A stretch of DNA of 64,000 nt from Felis catus (Eukaryota), in the NCBI RefSeq assembly GCF_018350175.1, contig NC_058368.1, forward strand, positions 141,672,001 to 141,736,000. Reading direction: 5' to 3'. Below the pieces are notes generated by a model. It had not been told where the DNA came from. It did not search any database and saw nothing but the letters and a program-made list of their open reading frames with translations. This document shows positions 12,248 to 25,455 of the stretch, piece by piece; position 1 is the stretch's first letter; each line of letters starts with the position of its first letter. Both the position numbers and the translations under genes were made by a program.

Positions 12248-12386
12248 GGGGCACCTGGCTGGCTCAGTTGGTGGAGGATGTGACTCTTGATCTTGGGGTT
12301 GTGAGTTCTAGCCCCATGTTGGATGTAGAGATTACTTAAAAATAAAATCTTAATAAATAAATAACAAGATAAAATAAAATTAAAAA
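12248..12386 (+). mobile_element. Short CanSINE (no CT tract)
   Basis: ggggcacctggctggctcagttgg...tagagattacttaaaaataaaatctt plus A-rich tail. Confidence 0.9.
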
Positions 12387-12448
12387 TGAGAATTTATCTT
12401 CACCAAATCATTAGAGAATATACTTGGAATGAAATATTAACTCCTATC

Positions 12449-12660
12449 AGGGCGCCTGGGTGGCTCGGTTGGTTAAGCGTCTGACTTCGGCTCAGGTCAT
12501 GATCTTGCAGTTTGTGAGTTCCGGTCCTGCATCCGGCTCTGGACTGACAGCTCAGAGTCTGGGGCCTGCTTCAGATTCCGTGTGTCCGTGTTTCTCTCTG
12601 TCCCTCCCCTGCTCATGTTCTGTCTCTCTCTCTCAAAAAATAAATGAACATTAAAAAAAA
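12449..12660 (+). mobile_element. CanSINE
   Basis: TSD gaaatattaa(c/t)tcctat. Confidence 0.95.
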
Positions 12661-13419
12661 GGAAATATTAATTCCTATTAAAAAAATTAGTACCTACAAG
12701 CGAAAACTGGAACATAATTTAAGTCATATACCCATGGTAAAATTTGCCTTCCTTACTTGATAAAAGTTACTTTCCACAAGTAAAGATGAAAGAAAGATTT
12801 TACACACACTGCTCTGTAAGTGGTGGTGAAGTTTGATTGAATATCACACAAATCAAGCAACTATGTTTTAACTATTCTAACAGGAATAAAAAGTAGCAGG
12901 GAAAAGCATTCAGACACACCGTCTGTCCAAAAAAAAAAAAAAAAAAAAAAGACACACTGTCTTTCTAGACCATAATGCACTTCTTGATTACAAAATGATA
13001 ACCACAGCAGGCTGGATGAATATTTTGTGAAATATTGAAAAGGAGAAAAGGAAGCTTTAGAGTAAATAAATAAACTCCTAGCTGCCAATGGCTGTTGCAA
13101 CCTGCTTACGCTGAACACCCACTGTGCCCTTGTGAAACTAATTGGAAATAGGTATAAGCCTACAAAGACAAAAATGAGTCAAGAACAACAGCATAATGAA
13201 TTTAATATAAAGCTCTGAGCTGAAAGAGAGCAGAAGTAGGGGTTGAGAAAAGGAAAGTGTTAAGGGTGAAAATTGGTTGGGGGTGAAATAGGTCAAAAAG
13301 ATGTGATCAAGGTGAGAAGACCTGGGGCAGTTAGGGATAGCAATGTCCTGCGTTCTTTAAAGTTTTCTAGATTTGGGAGGTGAGAAGAATACTGGTTCCC
13401 TGTTTTTGTTAAAATATTG

Positions 13420-13806
13420 TTTCAGTTGTTTAACAGAGATTGAATAACAGTGGCATAAATAAAAGAGGTGGTAGGTTTGCTCTGCTCTATTAGGTTCCAG
13501 AAGCCTAGACACCTTCTGAGTTCTTCCATGCATGCTGTAGGATGTTGCTCTTTCCTGTGTGCTCAGAGATGGCTCCCATGCCAGCCTTACATTCCATGTC
13601 CTTTTAAGGGCACCAACTGGAAATAACCGAAATACTTCTATTCAAATCCTATTGGCCGGAATTTGGTTACATGGTCACACTTATTTACAAGAGAGGAGGA
13701 AAAAAGTAGTCTCCAGTTGGGCGGCCATGTGTCCCATTAATAGGGTTTCTTTTACTAAGAAGAAGAAAGAGTAAATATTTAGGGACAAGTAGAAGTCTCT
13801 GCCACA
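13420..13806 (-). mobile_element. Old MaLR LTR (MLT1-like)
   Basis: attggccggaatttggttacatggtcacac... ending in ctctgccaca. Confidence 0.55.
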
Positions 13807-13963
13807 GGCCTGTTTTGGAATAGAAAATATATCACTGATTCCACTCGCTTCAGTATACACTTGGGAGAGAGGTAAGTAGATTGGAGGAAATTTGCATGCC
13901 TTGTTAACTACAGGTCTTTGCCAATTACCATACTTTCTTGACGATTTCAGCTTAGTCGTAAGT

Positions 13964-14345
13964 CTTTTTCTAATTTTTTAAATGTGTTTATTTTTGAGAG
14001 AGAGAGAGAGACAGAATTCAAAGCAGACTCCAGGCTCCACACTGTCAGCACAGAGCCCGAGGTAGGGCTTGAACTCACGGACCATGAGATCATGACCTGA
14101 GTCCAAGTTGCTTGCTTAACCAACTGAGTCACCCAGGCGCTCTTTTTTTTTTTTTTTAATGTTTATTTATTTTATTTTGAGAGAAAGCATGAGCAGAGGA
14201 GGGGCAGAGAGAGAGAAAGAGAATCCTAAGCAAGCTGCCAGCTGCCAGCACAGAGCCTGATGTACGGCTTGAACTTTCCACCTGGGAGATCATGACCTGA
14301 GCCAAAGTCAAGGGTTAGACTCTTAACCGACTGAGCCACTCAGGG
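13964..14345 (-). mobile_element. Two tandem CanSINEs (13964-14141, 14143-14345)
   Basis: Two reverse heads and T-tails. Confidence 0.92.
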
Positions 14346-16444
14346 GTCGGAGTTAAGTCTTGAAATTAGATACTATGAATCCTTTGCTGTTCTTTTTCAA
14401 AATTGTTTTGGCCATTTGAACTCAGGGGCTTTTTTCCTAAATTTAGGATTTGCTTGTCATTATCTACAAAAATTCCTGCTGGGAAATTGATTCGGATTAT
14501 ATAAAATCTATAGATAAATTTGAGACAAATTGACAAGTTAGCAATATTGAGTCTTAGAATTCATGGATTCAACATATATCTCCATTGCCTTCATTTATAT
14601 TTTATAGTTTTTAGTATATAAATCCTGCCCATATTTTGTAGGATTTATAGCTAAGTATTGCCTTTTGTGTGTGTGTTATCATAAATTTAAAAAATTCTGA
14701 TTTCTAATTGTTCATTGGCAAACATATAGAAACCAATTGAATTTTTATATATTGGTCTTGTGTTCTATAATCTTGCTACCCTCATTTAGAACCTTTTTTT
14801 TTTTTTGGAGATTCCATGGGGTTTTCTACATGGACAATCGTGTCATATGCAAAAAGAGACAGTTTATATCTTCTTTTCTACCTCCTGCCCTTATTTTTTA
14901 TCTTAGCATGCAGGGTTTTTTTTAAACCACTGACTAAGATGTAGCTATTTTGCAGATGGTTTTATCAAGTTAAAGAAATTCCTTCCTATTCCTAGTTTTC
15001 TGAGAGTTTTGATCATCAATGAATGTTGAATTTTGTCAAATTCTTTTTCATTTTTTGCAGCTATTGAGATCATCATGTGGATTTTCCACTTCACTATGTT
15101 CATATGGTGAATTACATTGATTGATTTTCAACTTATTGAATCAGCCTTGCACTCCTGGAATTAATATCACTTGGTCATGATGTATTATCCTTTTTTATAT
15201 TCCTAGATTTTATTTTCTAACATGGTGTTGAGGGATATTTGTCTGCAGCTTTCTTTTATTGTCTTACCTTTTTCTGCTTTTGGTAATGGATAATTCCAGC
15301 CCCAGAAAATAGCTGTTGCCTCCTCTCCTATTTTCTGGAAAAAAATAAGTAGAAATGAAACTAAAATTAAGTAGAAACTTTCCTACCTAAATGTTAGGTA
15401 GAATTCACCAATGAAACCATCTGAGCCTAGAATTTTTTGTTGTTGTCAGAAAGTCTTTAACTGTAAATTCACTTTCTTTACTGGGTATAGAACTATTCAA
15501 GTTACCAAATTCTTCTCACATTTGGTAGTTTGTGTTTTTCAAGGAATTTTTCTATTTCATCCAAGTTGTTGAATTGTGGATATAGTACTGTCTGTGATAT
15601 TCCTTTACCATCCTTTTAATTCCTCTAGGGTCTGCAGTGTCCATCCTTTTCTTCCTGATATTGGTAAATTGTGTCCTCTCTCTCTTTTAAATTGAGGTAA
15701 AACACACAGAACATAAAATTTATCCATTAATTACCTTAAAGTATACAATTCAGTGCCATTTAATATATTTATAATGCTGTGCAACCATAATCTCCTCTAA
15801 TTTAAAGACATTTTCAACAGTCCACAAGGAAACCCTGCACCCATTAAGCCTCTGGCAACCAGTAGTCTCACTCTATACGTGGATTTACCTATTCTAGATA
15901 CTTCATACAAATGAAATTATAAAATATATGACCTTTTGATAATTTCTTTCTCTTGTCATAATGTTTCAAGGCTCATCCATGTTGTAACATGTATTAGTAT
16001 TTGGTTCCTTTTTAAGGCTGAAAAATAGTCCACTGTATAAATACACCACATTTTGTTTATCCATTCATCAGCTAATTAACATTAGGGTTGTTTCTCCTTT
16101 TGGCTGTTATGAATGTGCAGATACAAATATTCATGTACAAGTATGTGTTTGAATATGTGTTTTCAATGTCTGTTCTTTTTTTATACTTCAGTTTGGCTAT
16201 ATGTTTACCAATTTTTTCAACCTTTTTGAAGAGCTAGCTTTTGGTTTCATTGATCTTTACTGTTTTCTTTTTTTCCTATTTTTAATATAATTGAGTTCTG
16301 CTCTTACCTTTACATATTGGCTTTATATATTATAACCCTGCTAAACTCATTTATTCATTTGCTTTGCATCTAATTTGCTCTTCTTTTACAGGTTGTATAA
16401 GGGAGAAGTTCAGATAATTGGTTTGAAACCTTTCTTTTGTTTCT

Positions 16445-16670
16445 TTTTTTTTTTTAATTTTTTTTTTCAACGTTTATTTATTTTTGCGACAGAGAGAGAC
16501 AGAGCATGAACGGGGGAGGGGCAGAGAGAGAGGGAGACACAGAATAGGAAACAGGCTCCAGGCTCTGAGCCATCAGCCCAGAGCCTGACGCGGGGCTTGA
16601 ACTCACGGACCGCGAGATCGTGACCTGGCTGAAGTCGGACGCTTAACCGACTGCGCCACCCAGGCGCCCC
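16445..16670 (-). mobile_element. Young cat-type SINE (SINEC_Fc-like)
   Basis: CpG-intact reverse consensus ending ccaggcgcccc. Confidence 0.96.
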
Positions 16671-16749
16671 TAATATGAGCATTTTTAATATGAGAATATG
16701 AGCATTTTTCCTAACATGAGCATTTTCTTTGTTTTTTAGGAAAATGATT

Positions 16750-16855
16750 AACTTTATTTTTTTAAGTTTTATTTTAATTCAAATTAGTTAACATACAGTG
16801 TTATATTGGCTCCAGGAGTACAATATAGTTATTCAACAATTCCATACATCAACCT
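16750..16855 (-). mobile_element. Carnivore L1 extreme 3' end
   Basis: tagttaacatacagtgttatatt...caggagtacaatatagt...aacaattccatacatc. Confidence 0.7.
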
Positions 16856-18498
16856 TAATATGAGCATTTTCTAATATGAGCATTTATAAGTGCTATAAAT
16901 TTCCATCTAAGCACTAATTTAGCTGCATCTCACAAATTTTGTTGCATTTTTATTTTCACTCAGTTCAAAATATTTTCTAATTTCCCTTGAGACTTCTTCT
17001 TTGACATGTAGATTATTTACAATGTGTTATTGGGGGATTTTCTAGATATATTTCTGTTCTTGATTTCTAATTTAATTCTCTTATGCTGGAAAACATACTT
17101 AGTATAATTTAAATTACTTTAAATGTGTTAAGGTATATGTTATGGCCCAGAGTATGGTCTATCTTGGTGAAAGTGCCTTGTACACTTGCAAAAAAAATGT
17201 GTATTCTTGTGTTGCTGAATGACATATTCTAAAAGTGTCAGTTAGATCCAGGGACTTGATGGTATTGGCCAATTTTGTATATCCTTATTGAATTCCTTCT
17301 GTTAGTTCTATCTATTACAAAGAGAAGAATGTTGAAATATTTTACCATAACTGCATGGTAGTTATGAAGCTCTGTTCTTAGGTGTATTCACATTTAAGAC
17401 TATATATCTTTTTGGTGAATTAACTCTTTTATTAACCTGCAATGTCTCCCTTTATCCTTGGCAATTTTCTATGCTCTGAACTCTACTTTGTCTTATGTTG
17501 GTATATTCTCTCCCTATTTCTTTTGATGAGTGTTTGAATGGTATACGTTTCTCCCCCCTTTTACTTTAATTATATTTGAAGTGAGTATCTTATAGACAGC
17601 GTATATTTTGGTCTTATTTGGTTGCTAAATCTCTGTCTTTATTTGGTGTGTTTAGACCATTTACATTTAATGTAACTATTGATATGTTTGGATTACTATT
17701 TTATTACTTGCTTTCTTTTTGTCCCCTTCATTTTTTGTTTCTCCATTTCCCCTTTTTCTGTTTTCCTTTCATTATTTGAATATTCATTAATATTTTATTT
17801 TAATTTATCTATTATCATTTGGGCTATATCTCTTCATGTCTGTGTATGTATGTTTATTCATTCTAGGGAATATAACATACTTTTATGGTCCACTTTAAGC
17901 AAAATGCAAATGTATTACAACCATATAATCATTTTATATTCCCACCTTTATGCTACAGTGGCCATATGAATCACATTATCATTCACAGCAAATAATGTCT
18001 AATAGTCTGCTTTCTTGGGAAATAATTTACATTTGAAAAAAGAGGATAATTAAGAGAGCTGTGTGAATGAAGCAAGACAATGATTAGAATGGAAGTTTTA
18101 CTGGTAGTAATGTTAAGACTGCAGCAAGGGATCCGGAGTTAAATGCTTTGGATACACAATGTCATTTGATTCAAATAACTTTGGTATGGTGCTTGGAAAA
18201 GAGGAATATGTGGGTGGTGGGGAAGATAGCATGCCTTGTAATCATAGTTCTCAAAAAGACTATGTGGCAGCTCTGATATGTTATTAATGTTGAAACACTT
18301 TACACAAGAAGATGCAGGGGGCAATTTCTCTGAAATAAGTAGTGCTTGGCGTAGCTCAGAAGTGCATAAACAGATAATTATTTCCTGCCTTGAGGTATAT
18401 ATGTGTAACCTAGACCTGTGATGGAGGGAGGGTCTAGCTTTCAGGGAAAATGAAGTATATTTGTGCCATAAGCAGGTGATCATCTGGTAGAGTAGTAC

Positions 18499-19084
18499 TG
18501 ATGGGATGGGATGTTCAGGGTCCAGGAGCAAATGGTCAAGAAAGAATTCTTGAGATACCTTCAGTACAAAAAAGGTGGTTTTATTAAAGCATGGGGACTG
18601 GACCCCTTGGGCAGAAAGAGTTACACTAGGATGGCAAGGAGTGACTGATTATATACTTTTAGGTTGAAAGGGGGTTAGGAATACCGCAAGTCCAAAGGAT
18701 TTGGAAGGAAGATTTTCAGGACCTTGAGGGGCCAGCTGCTATTTAAGATAAGGTTATTTATATTGTCTAGTAAAACCTTAATCATGCAATCCTTCAGATG
18801 TATATCAGTGGGCCACATGTTTGGAGGATGATTGCTAACATATATCCTGGGGGGTTAGAGACAAAGGAAGTTTCCAAAGGGATTTTTATATGTCAAAAAA
18901 GACTTAACAGGATCCTGGAGCTAGGACTAAGGTTGCTTTTTGCCTCTAGCAAAGTATTAACATTGAGGCAGTTGAGTTCCTGGAGGAAGGTCACCCTGCT
19001 TGTCGTAAGTACTTGTCAAAAGGCTGTAAGTCGTATGGAAATTTAATTTTTTTCCACATTTCTTTTGCCTTTGTTCTCCAATCA
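18499..19084 (-). mobile_element. Solo LTR, ERV1-like (probably carnivore-specific)
   Basis: TG...CA termini, exact 4-bp TSD GTAC (18495-18498; 19085-19088), reverse AATAAA near 18581. Confidence 0.8.
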
Positions 19085-19854
19085 GTACTACTTAAGCAGC
19101 TTCCCTTTTCAAATTGGGACATCCTAAACAGACCCAAAGCATGATGTTCCTCAGCAATATTCAAAAATCTAAGTCTGAATAATCACACAAAGCCATAATT
19201 TTTAAATCAAAATTTGGTTTAAGCCTCAGGACTGCCTTATTTCTTTGACATACCAGCTAAATTGTTTCTTATCTTGGAGACAATTTTGACTACAAACTGT
19301 TCAAAACATGTCCCTGGGTTGCTCTTCCTTTGCCCTCCAGGCAGCCCCAGGACTCTCCCAGAAGTAAGCAATTGTTAAGCCATGCTCTTTTCCCCTAGGA
19401 TATCCTTTTTAAGTCTCTCCTCAAGCCAAAATAATAACCTTTCCACATGTCAGCTCTAAGAAAGTCCTAAAGTAAGCACTCAATACTATGGTAACAATCA
19501 TTTGACACCATTCCAGTAAATCCATCTTTGGGCTATGCAGCTTGTTGTACTGTAATGGTGTTATTCTGGGATTTATTGGCTTCCAAAACTAAGAAAAAGA
19601 AACAAGAGCACTTGGAGCAACCGCTCAGTTATGGAGAATGGGGGTAAAATCAAACGGTTACAAAATATGCCACTAAATATATTGTTCATTTATTTCTTCT
19701 AGTTTTCTTCCTATTTTGACAAATTGTTTGATATGAACTCATCTTGTTTTTGTTTTTTGCAAATCATATACAGATTCTTAGACATGAGTAAATATCTTCT
19801 TGCCAATTTCAATAAAAGAAAAGGCAGGAAAATTGCAACTCACACACATATCTA

Positions 19855-20390
19855 TGCTGTTCAAGGTACAGTCAAGAAGTAGAAACCATGCCAGTTACTA
19901 GGATTGTGACAATATAATTATTATCTAGGTATAAAGTTGTTAACTAAGTAAATGAAAGGTCAAAAAGAGGCATCACAGAGGTAAAACTGCAAGAAGCACT
20001 TCCCACCCCTAGAACCGGGGAACAAAGGAAAGAAATTGGAATTATTAACATTTAGGAACTCAGAGGAGGAAGATGACCTCTGAAAAGAGGGCTTACACAG
20101 GTATCTCTGAGAGAGCAGTATGAATTTGAAAACAACTGCAGACTGAATTAAGCTGCTGTTACAGAAACTGAAGCTGTTGGGATAAAGAAATGATGGTAAT
20201 GCGATGCTTACAGAAACAGGAAATATTTTGGAAGCACAGGAAGGCTCAAGTCCCTTCTTCCTTCACTAGCGTTACAGGCTCCCTGACAAGATAGAAATGT
20301 AATTTTTAGAATTCTAGACCAGCATCAAAATGTAGAGAATAGTAAGGTGGGTTTGGATGTGAGAGATAAAAACAATAATTGAAATAACAT
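19855..20390. mobile_element. Ancient LTR fossil (family uncertain)
   Basis: cagtcaagaagtagaaaccatgccagtt...cttcccacccctagaac resembles old eutherian LTRs. Confidence 0.4.
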
Positions 20391-21189
20391 TTCAACAGCT
20401 TATTCAAATTGCACTTAAATTAAGCATAATGAAGATATCAGATCGAAAGGCTGGCTGGCCGCCAGTGAGGGGCTTCTCCTTTGAAGGGTCCTCTTGATCT
20501 AGGATTTTGTCCTCAGCTTTGTTGCTCAACTTTGTCAGAGCACCAGGAACTGACAGAGCTCAAAGGAACTGGGTCACATGATTCAACTTACAAGGGACCC
20601 ATGAATAAACTCTAAAGCCAAAGTATTGATTTATAGTGAGAAATACCACTGCCTAGATGGTTAAACTGGTACACACATCTTTTCATCTACAGGAAAATAT
20701 GACAGTCAGAAGGTAGTTGATTGTCATGGAGTGAGAATGGGAAGCTAGATGGATGCACTCCATGGCTCTATAATTGTCTTGATCCCATTAGAGAGATGCA
20801 CTGGGAAAACTGATCAGACCTCACATCAGTTTGTATCCTTATCACTTGTGTAGAGCCAGACAGAGCCCCCCCCCCCCCCCCCCGAAAAGCTTACTCTCTC
20901 TCTCATCTTTTTCCTGGCTCCTGGCAGAAGCCAGCCTTCCCTTAGTATTTTTTTCAGATAGTAAATATATGTATTTAGTTATAGTTTTGTCTGTAAGTTG
21001 TTAAACCCTTCAGAGCCTTTCCTCTTTAGAAGATAAACAATAATCCCTATGTCATGGGCTGTTATATGGATTAAAGCAGTAATCCATATAAATACTCCTG
21101 GGACAGTACTTAACACACAGGAAGCTCCCAAAACAAAAAGTTCCATCCCTGCCTTTCATCCTGCTTTGATTATATCAAGACATTATATT

Positions 21190-21393
21190 CTTTTTTTTTT
21201 TTTTAAGTTTATTTATTTATTTTGAGAGAGAGAAAAAGAGAGAGTGGGAAGGGCAGAGACCGAGAGAATCCCAAGCAGACTCTGCACTGTCAGCACAGAT
21301 CCTGATGTGGGGCTTGAACTCATGAACTGTGAGATCGTGACCTGAGCCGAAAACAAGTTGGATGCTTAACTGACTGAGCCACCCAGGAACCTA
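21190..21393 (-). mobile_element. CanSINE
   Basis: TSD-like aaga(c/t)attata(t/c)tctt. Confidence 0.93.
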
Positions 21394-21699
21394 AGATATT
21401 ATACTCTTATAACATATTTTTCCCTTTAAAAAGATGAGTCAAATGGCTGTATAGCCTTCCATTGGAAGGAAGGATGTATCATTTTATCTCATCAATAATT
21501 ACTGTTGGGCCATAATTTCTAATTTTGTGTTACTAAACATGTTTTTTTCTGGTATCACGACAGTCAAAGTTCCCAGACAGACATTCCCACGGAAAACAAA
21601 GTAACTCTGCGGACAATGTATTCAAAAGCATCAAAGAGCTAGCAAGTAAATATAGTATATCCAGGCCAACGACCATGTGAATGCAGAATCCAAAAGATC

Positions 21700-22835
21700 A
21701 AATACAAGCAAACAAAATCTGAAAAGCAGCCAGTGATAAAATGTAATCTACTGTGAAAAGAGCAACAGATAGATTAAAAGCTATGCTCCCTAAGTCAACA
21801 GTGAAAGAAGCACGTGGAATGATATCTTCAAAGTGCCAAGCTATATTTGTTACTATTTTCCTTTAGTGCTAGTCCACTACTGACAAACTCTCTCATTGTT
21901 TTTATCTGAAAACAACTCTATTTTACCCTTACCCTTGAAAGATATTTTCATTGGGTATAGAACTCTAAATTGATAGTGTTTTATTTTCTTGGCGTAGTGA
22001 TATTTAAACATACAAACACATACACCTACACATATATATTTACACCAGAAAGAATGTAAGGTCAGTAGGTCTGAAATAAAAACAAATGAAGAATAAAAAT
22101 GGATAAATATGTGGATAAATCAAAACAAAAGCTGACTATAAAATAACACATATACCAATCTTTGTACCTAATATACTTTCCTACTGTAAAATACAAGATC
22201 TTAGAACATGGTGACTCTGTTTATGCCCTCATGACTTCTGTTTTAAATTTTTTACATTTTAAAATTGAGGACATGACAATAGTTTTAAGTTAAAATACAT
22301 GACAAAAATGTCATAAAAGTCATGAGGGTAATAAATGAAATTAAAGCATTCTAAGATCGTCTATTTTGCCATAAAAAAGTAAACAACCCACAAGTTTATC
22401 AACTGATGAATGGATAAACAGCATGTAACATACATTATAAAATGTAGTATATCTATGCAATGGAATATTATTCAATAACAAAAAGAAATGGAGAATGAAA
22501 TGATACATTTACAACATTGATGAACTTTGAAAGCATTTGCCTAAGTGAAAGGAACCATTTACAAAAGGCCACATGTTATATAATTCCATCTGTATGAAAT
22601 GTCCAGAATAAAAAACCCAGGAGGTTTAAGACAGGAAGTATATTAGCAGTTGTCAAGAGGTATGAGTGACTGCTGATGAATACAGGGTTACTCTTAGGAT
22701 TAATAAACATGTTCTAAGAATTAGATAGTGGCAATGATTGCACAGCTCTGTGAAAATACTAAATACCATTCAACTGTACACTTCAATGGGTGAATTATAT
22801 GAAAGGTGAATTGTATCGCAATAAAACTGTAGTTA
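21700..22835 (+). mobile_element. Old L1M ORF1/inter-ORF fragment (with internal inversion) and L1M 3' UTR
   Basis: ggaatgatatcttcaaagtgc ORF1 motif; 3' UTR caatggaatattattca...gaattgtatcgcaataaa. Confidence 0.7.
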
Positions 22836-22856
22836 GTAAAAACATACTAAGATACC

Positions 22857-23439
22857 TTTAGGAAAGCAGTCTCCTGGGCAGTCTTTCAATCCCTGTTTGG
22901 TTACATAAGAATGGGCCTTGGGCCTGGAATACTTCCTTAGGAATAATAAAGACTCCACACAGCTGGAGCCAGGTTTATCATCTTGTGTGGGATTATCTTC
23001 CCTGTTTCCAGCTCAGTGTGTGCTCCTTTGTTATTCTTGAGCACATAGGTCAGTGGCCTCAGGAACATCCCTGGCTTTTAGTAATTCAGACTCCAGTGGG
23101 GATTAATTGGGGCTCTTCCGCTGAGGCATAAGAAGGGTACATATAAGCCAATTGCCCATGCATTCACTGCTGGGGAGATCAGTTTATCATGGGGAACCAA
23201 CACAATTACTGAAGCTGATCTTGTTCTATTTCTTCTCTATGTGAGTAAAAGCACTCCATCCAATGCTTGACCGTGTTGTGTTTTTCTTGGTGACTCCAAC
23301 ACCCAGGTACGATGGGCAGAAGTATTTGGATTTCTATTCTTGGTGGCTGGCATTGTGATGATCTTTGCCATTCTCTGTGTAGCTGGAGTCCCCTTATCCC
23401 AGTGGTATTGGCAATCGGTACATGGTGTTCTGTTCAACA
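22857..23439 (+). mobile_element. Solo ERVL-class LTR (MER54/73/74-like)
   Basis: Flanked by gatacc direct repeat, ends in CA, internal AGTAAA signal near 23245. Confidence 0.55.
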
Positions 23440-23801
23440 GATACCATTCTCTACCTTAGGATGGCAAAAGTAAAAATGTCTAACAATTTCAAGCATCAAC
23501 AAAGATGTGGTACAACTGAAACTGCCATACATCCAAATGTAAATTAGTAATATCACTTTGGAAAACAGTTTAGCGATGTTAGGAGAGTTGAACGTATGCT
23601 AATCTAACTGTTGTACTTCTTTGATTATACCCAAGAGAAAGTCTGTACATGTGTAGCAGAAAATGTGAACAAGAATGTTTTTAGCATTCTTATTCCTACA
23701 GCAAAAATAAAATAATCAAATATTTATCAAGGTAGAATAAATATCATACAGCAGTAGAAATTAATAAACTAGAACCATACCCATCACTAATGAAGAATTT
23801 T

Positions 23802-23838
23802 ATTTTATTCACTTAAAAGTTTTTCATGTTTATTAATT

Positions 23839-23887
<49 letters not shown>

Positions 23888-24048
23888 AAGCAGGGGAGGG
23901 GCAGAGAGAGAGGGAGACACAGAAACCCAAGAAGGCTCCAGACTCTGAGTTGTCAACACAACCCACACAGGGCTCAAACTCATGAACTGCAAGATCTTGA
24001 CCTGAGCTGAAGTCAAATGCTCAATCTACTGAGCCACCCAGGCATCCC
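23802..24048 (-). mobile_element. CanSINE with long (GA)n, inside L1ME-like fragments
   Basis: TSD aatgaagaatttt. Confidence 0.94.
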
Positions 24049-24593
24049 AACAATGAAGAATTTTAAAGGAAATTATACAGGAAAAGCAAAGAAATGATTG
24101 GTAGAAAATTAGGAGAATTGTTACTTTATGTAGGGAAGGGCACATGGGTAGGCAAAATTTTATTTATTATCCTAGATGCTGATTACACAGGTATTTATAA
24201 CTGTTCTTCAAAATAAACTCCAATGTTTTGTGCATGCTTCTGTATTTAAGGTGTATTTCACAATAAAACTAAAACTCTTTTAAGTGAATTTTCTGTTATA
24301 TAAATCTTTGCACATCTGTTTCCTTAAGTTAATTTCTTAGAAGTTGAATTTCTAGGGCAAAAGACATCAAAGTATTCAAGGCTTGTTTATCTGCTGCCTA
24401 ATTACCATCCAGAAAAATTGTTCCCATTTACCTTCTTACTAGAAGTGCATCAAAACCCTGGCTACATTTTTGAAAAAAGTTGCTAAATTGCTCTGCCCAT
24501 GTTGCCACCTGCCACTCACTGTTTAACCCACTGTATTCTGGTTTCCAACCCAACTTTCCATTAAAATTAATCTGTTTAAGAAATTTAAATTTC

Positions 24594-25082
24594 ATGCATA
24601 GGGGCACATGTACCCCAATGTTTATAGCAGCACTTTCAACAATAGCCAAATTATGGAAAGAGCCTAAATGTCCATCAACTGACAAATGGATAAAGAAGAT
24701 ATGGTTTATATATACAATGGAATACTACTTGGCAATGAGAAAGAATGAAATCTCGCCATTTGCAGTAACATGGATGCAACAGGAAGGTATTACGCTAAGT
24801 GAAATAAGCCAGTCAGAGAAAGACAGATACCATATGTTTTCACTCATAGGTGCATCTTGAGAAACTTAACAGAAGACCATGGGGGGAGGAGGAGGGGAAA
24901 AAAAGTTACAGAGAGGGAGGGAGGCAAACCATAAGAGACTCTTGGATACTGAGAACAAACTGAGGGTTGATGGGGGTGAGGAAGGGGGAAAAGTGGGTGA
25001 TGGGCACTGAGGAGGGCACTTGTTGGGATGAGCACTGGGTGTTGTATGGAAACCAATTTGTCAATAAATTATATTAAAAAAT
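24594..25082 (+). mobile_element. 5'-truncated felid L1 (ORF2 C-terminus plus 3' UTR)
   Basis: TCTPMFIAALSTIAKLWKEPKCPS peptide; TSD aaatttaaatttc at 24581 and 25083. Confidence 0.95.
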
Positions 25083-25455
25083 AAATTTAAATTTCTATTT
25101 ATGAAATAGAAATATTTAAAAATAGAAATATTAAATCATGCAATTTAATGGCTACTTTTCTTCCTGAATGATTTAGAGATTGGCCCTAAAGACTTTTCCA
25201 GATGGCTAATATCATCCATCACATGTAGCTCTTAACTTTCTTGATTCTTACATTGTCAGTTGGCTCCCAATTCTTGGAGAATCTTCCTGTGGTTTCCTAT
25301 GAACTATCTCAATCCCCAAGGAGAAAAATTGTTTTAAATAGCATATAGGATTCTACTCATTCATCATCATCATCATCATGAATGATCATCATTATTACTC
25401 ATTAGCCAGCTTAATGGATGTTGCTGAGGTCCACTGACCGACAATGTTTAAGAAC

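Larger units (their letters stand above)
14350..17970 (-). mobile_element. Ancient L1M ORF2 region, fragmented, with a nested L1M 3' UTR (~15685-16170)
   Basis: T-rich reverse L1 motifs such as tagaattcaccaatgaaaccatctgagcc and ggtgaattacattgattgatttt. Confidence 0.8.

Noticed and set aside
12248..12386. tRNA-like A/B-box sequences as tRNA genes
   Set aside because: They are tRNA-derived SINE heads with A-rich tails and decayed stems
18139..18531. 130-aa minus-strand ORF
   Set aside because: Non-ATG start inside an LTR end; no recognisable homology
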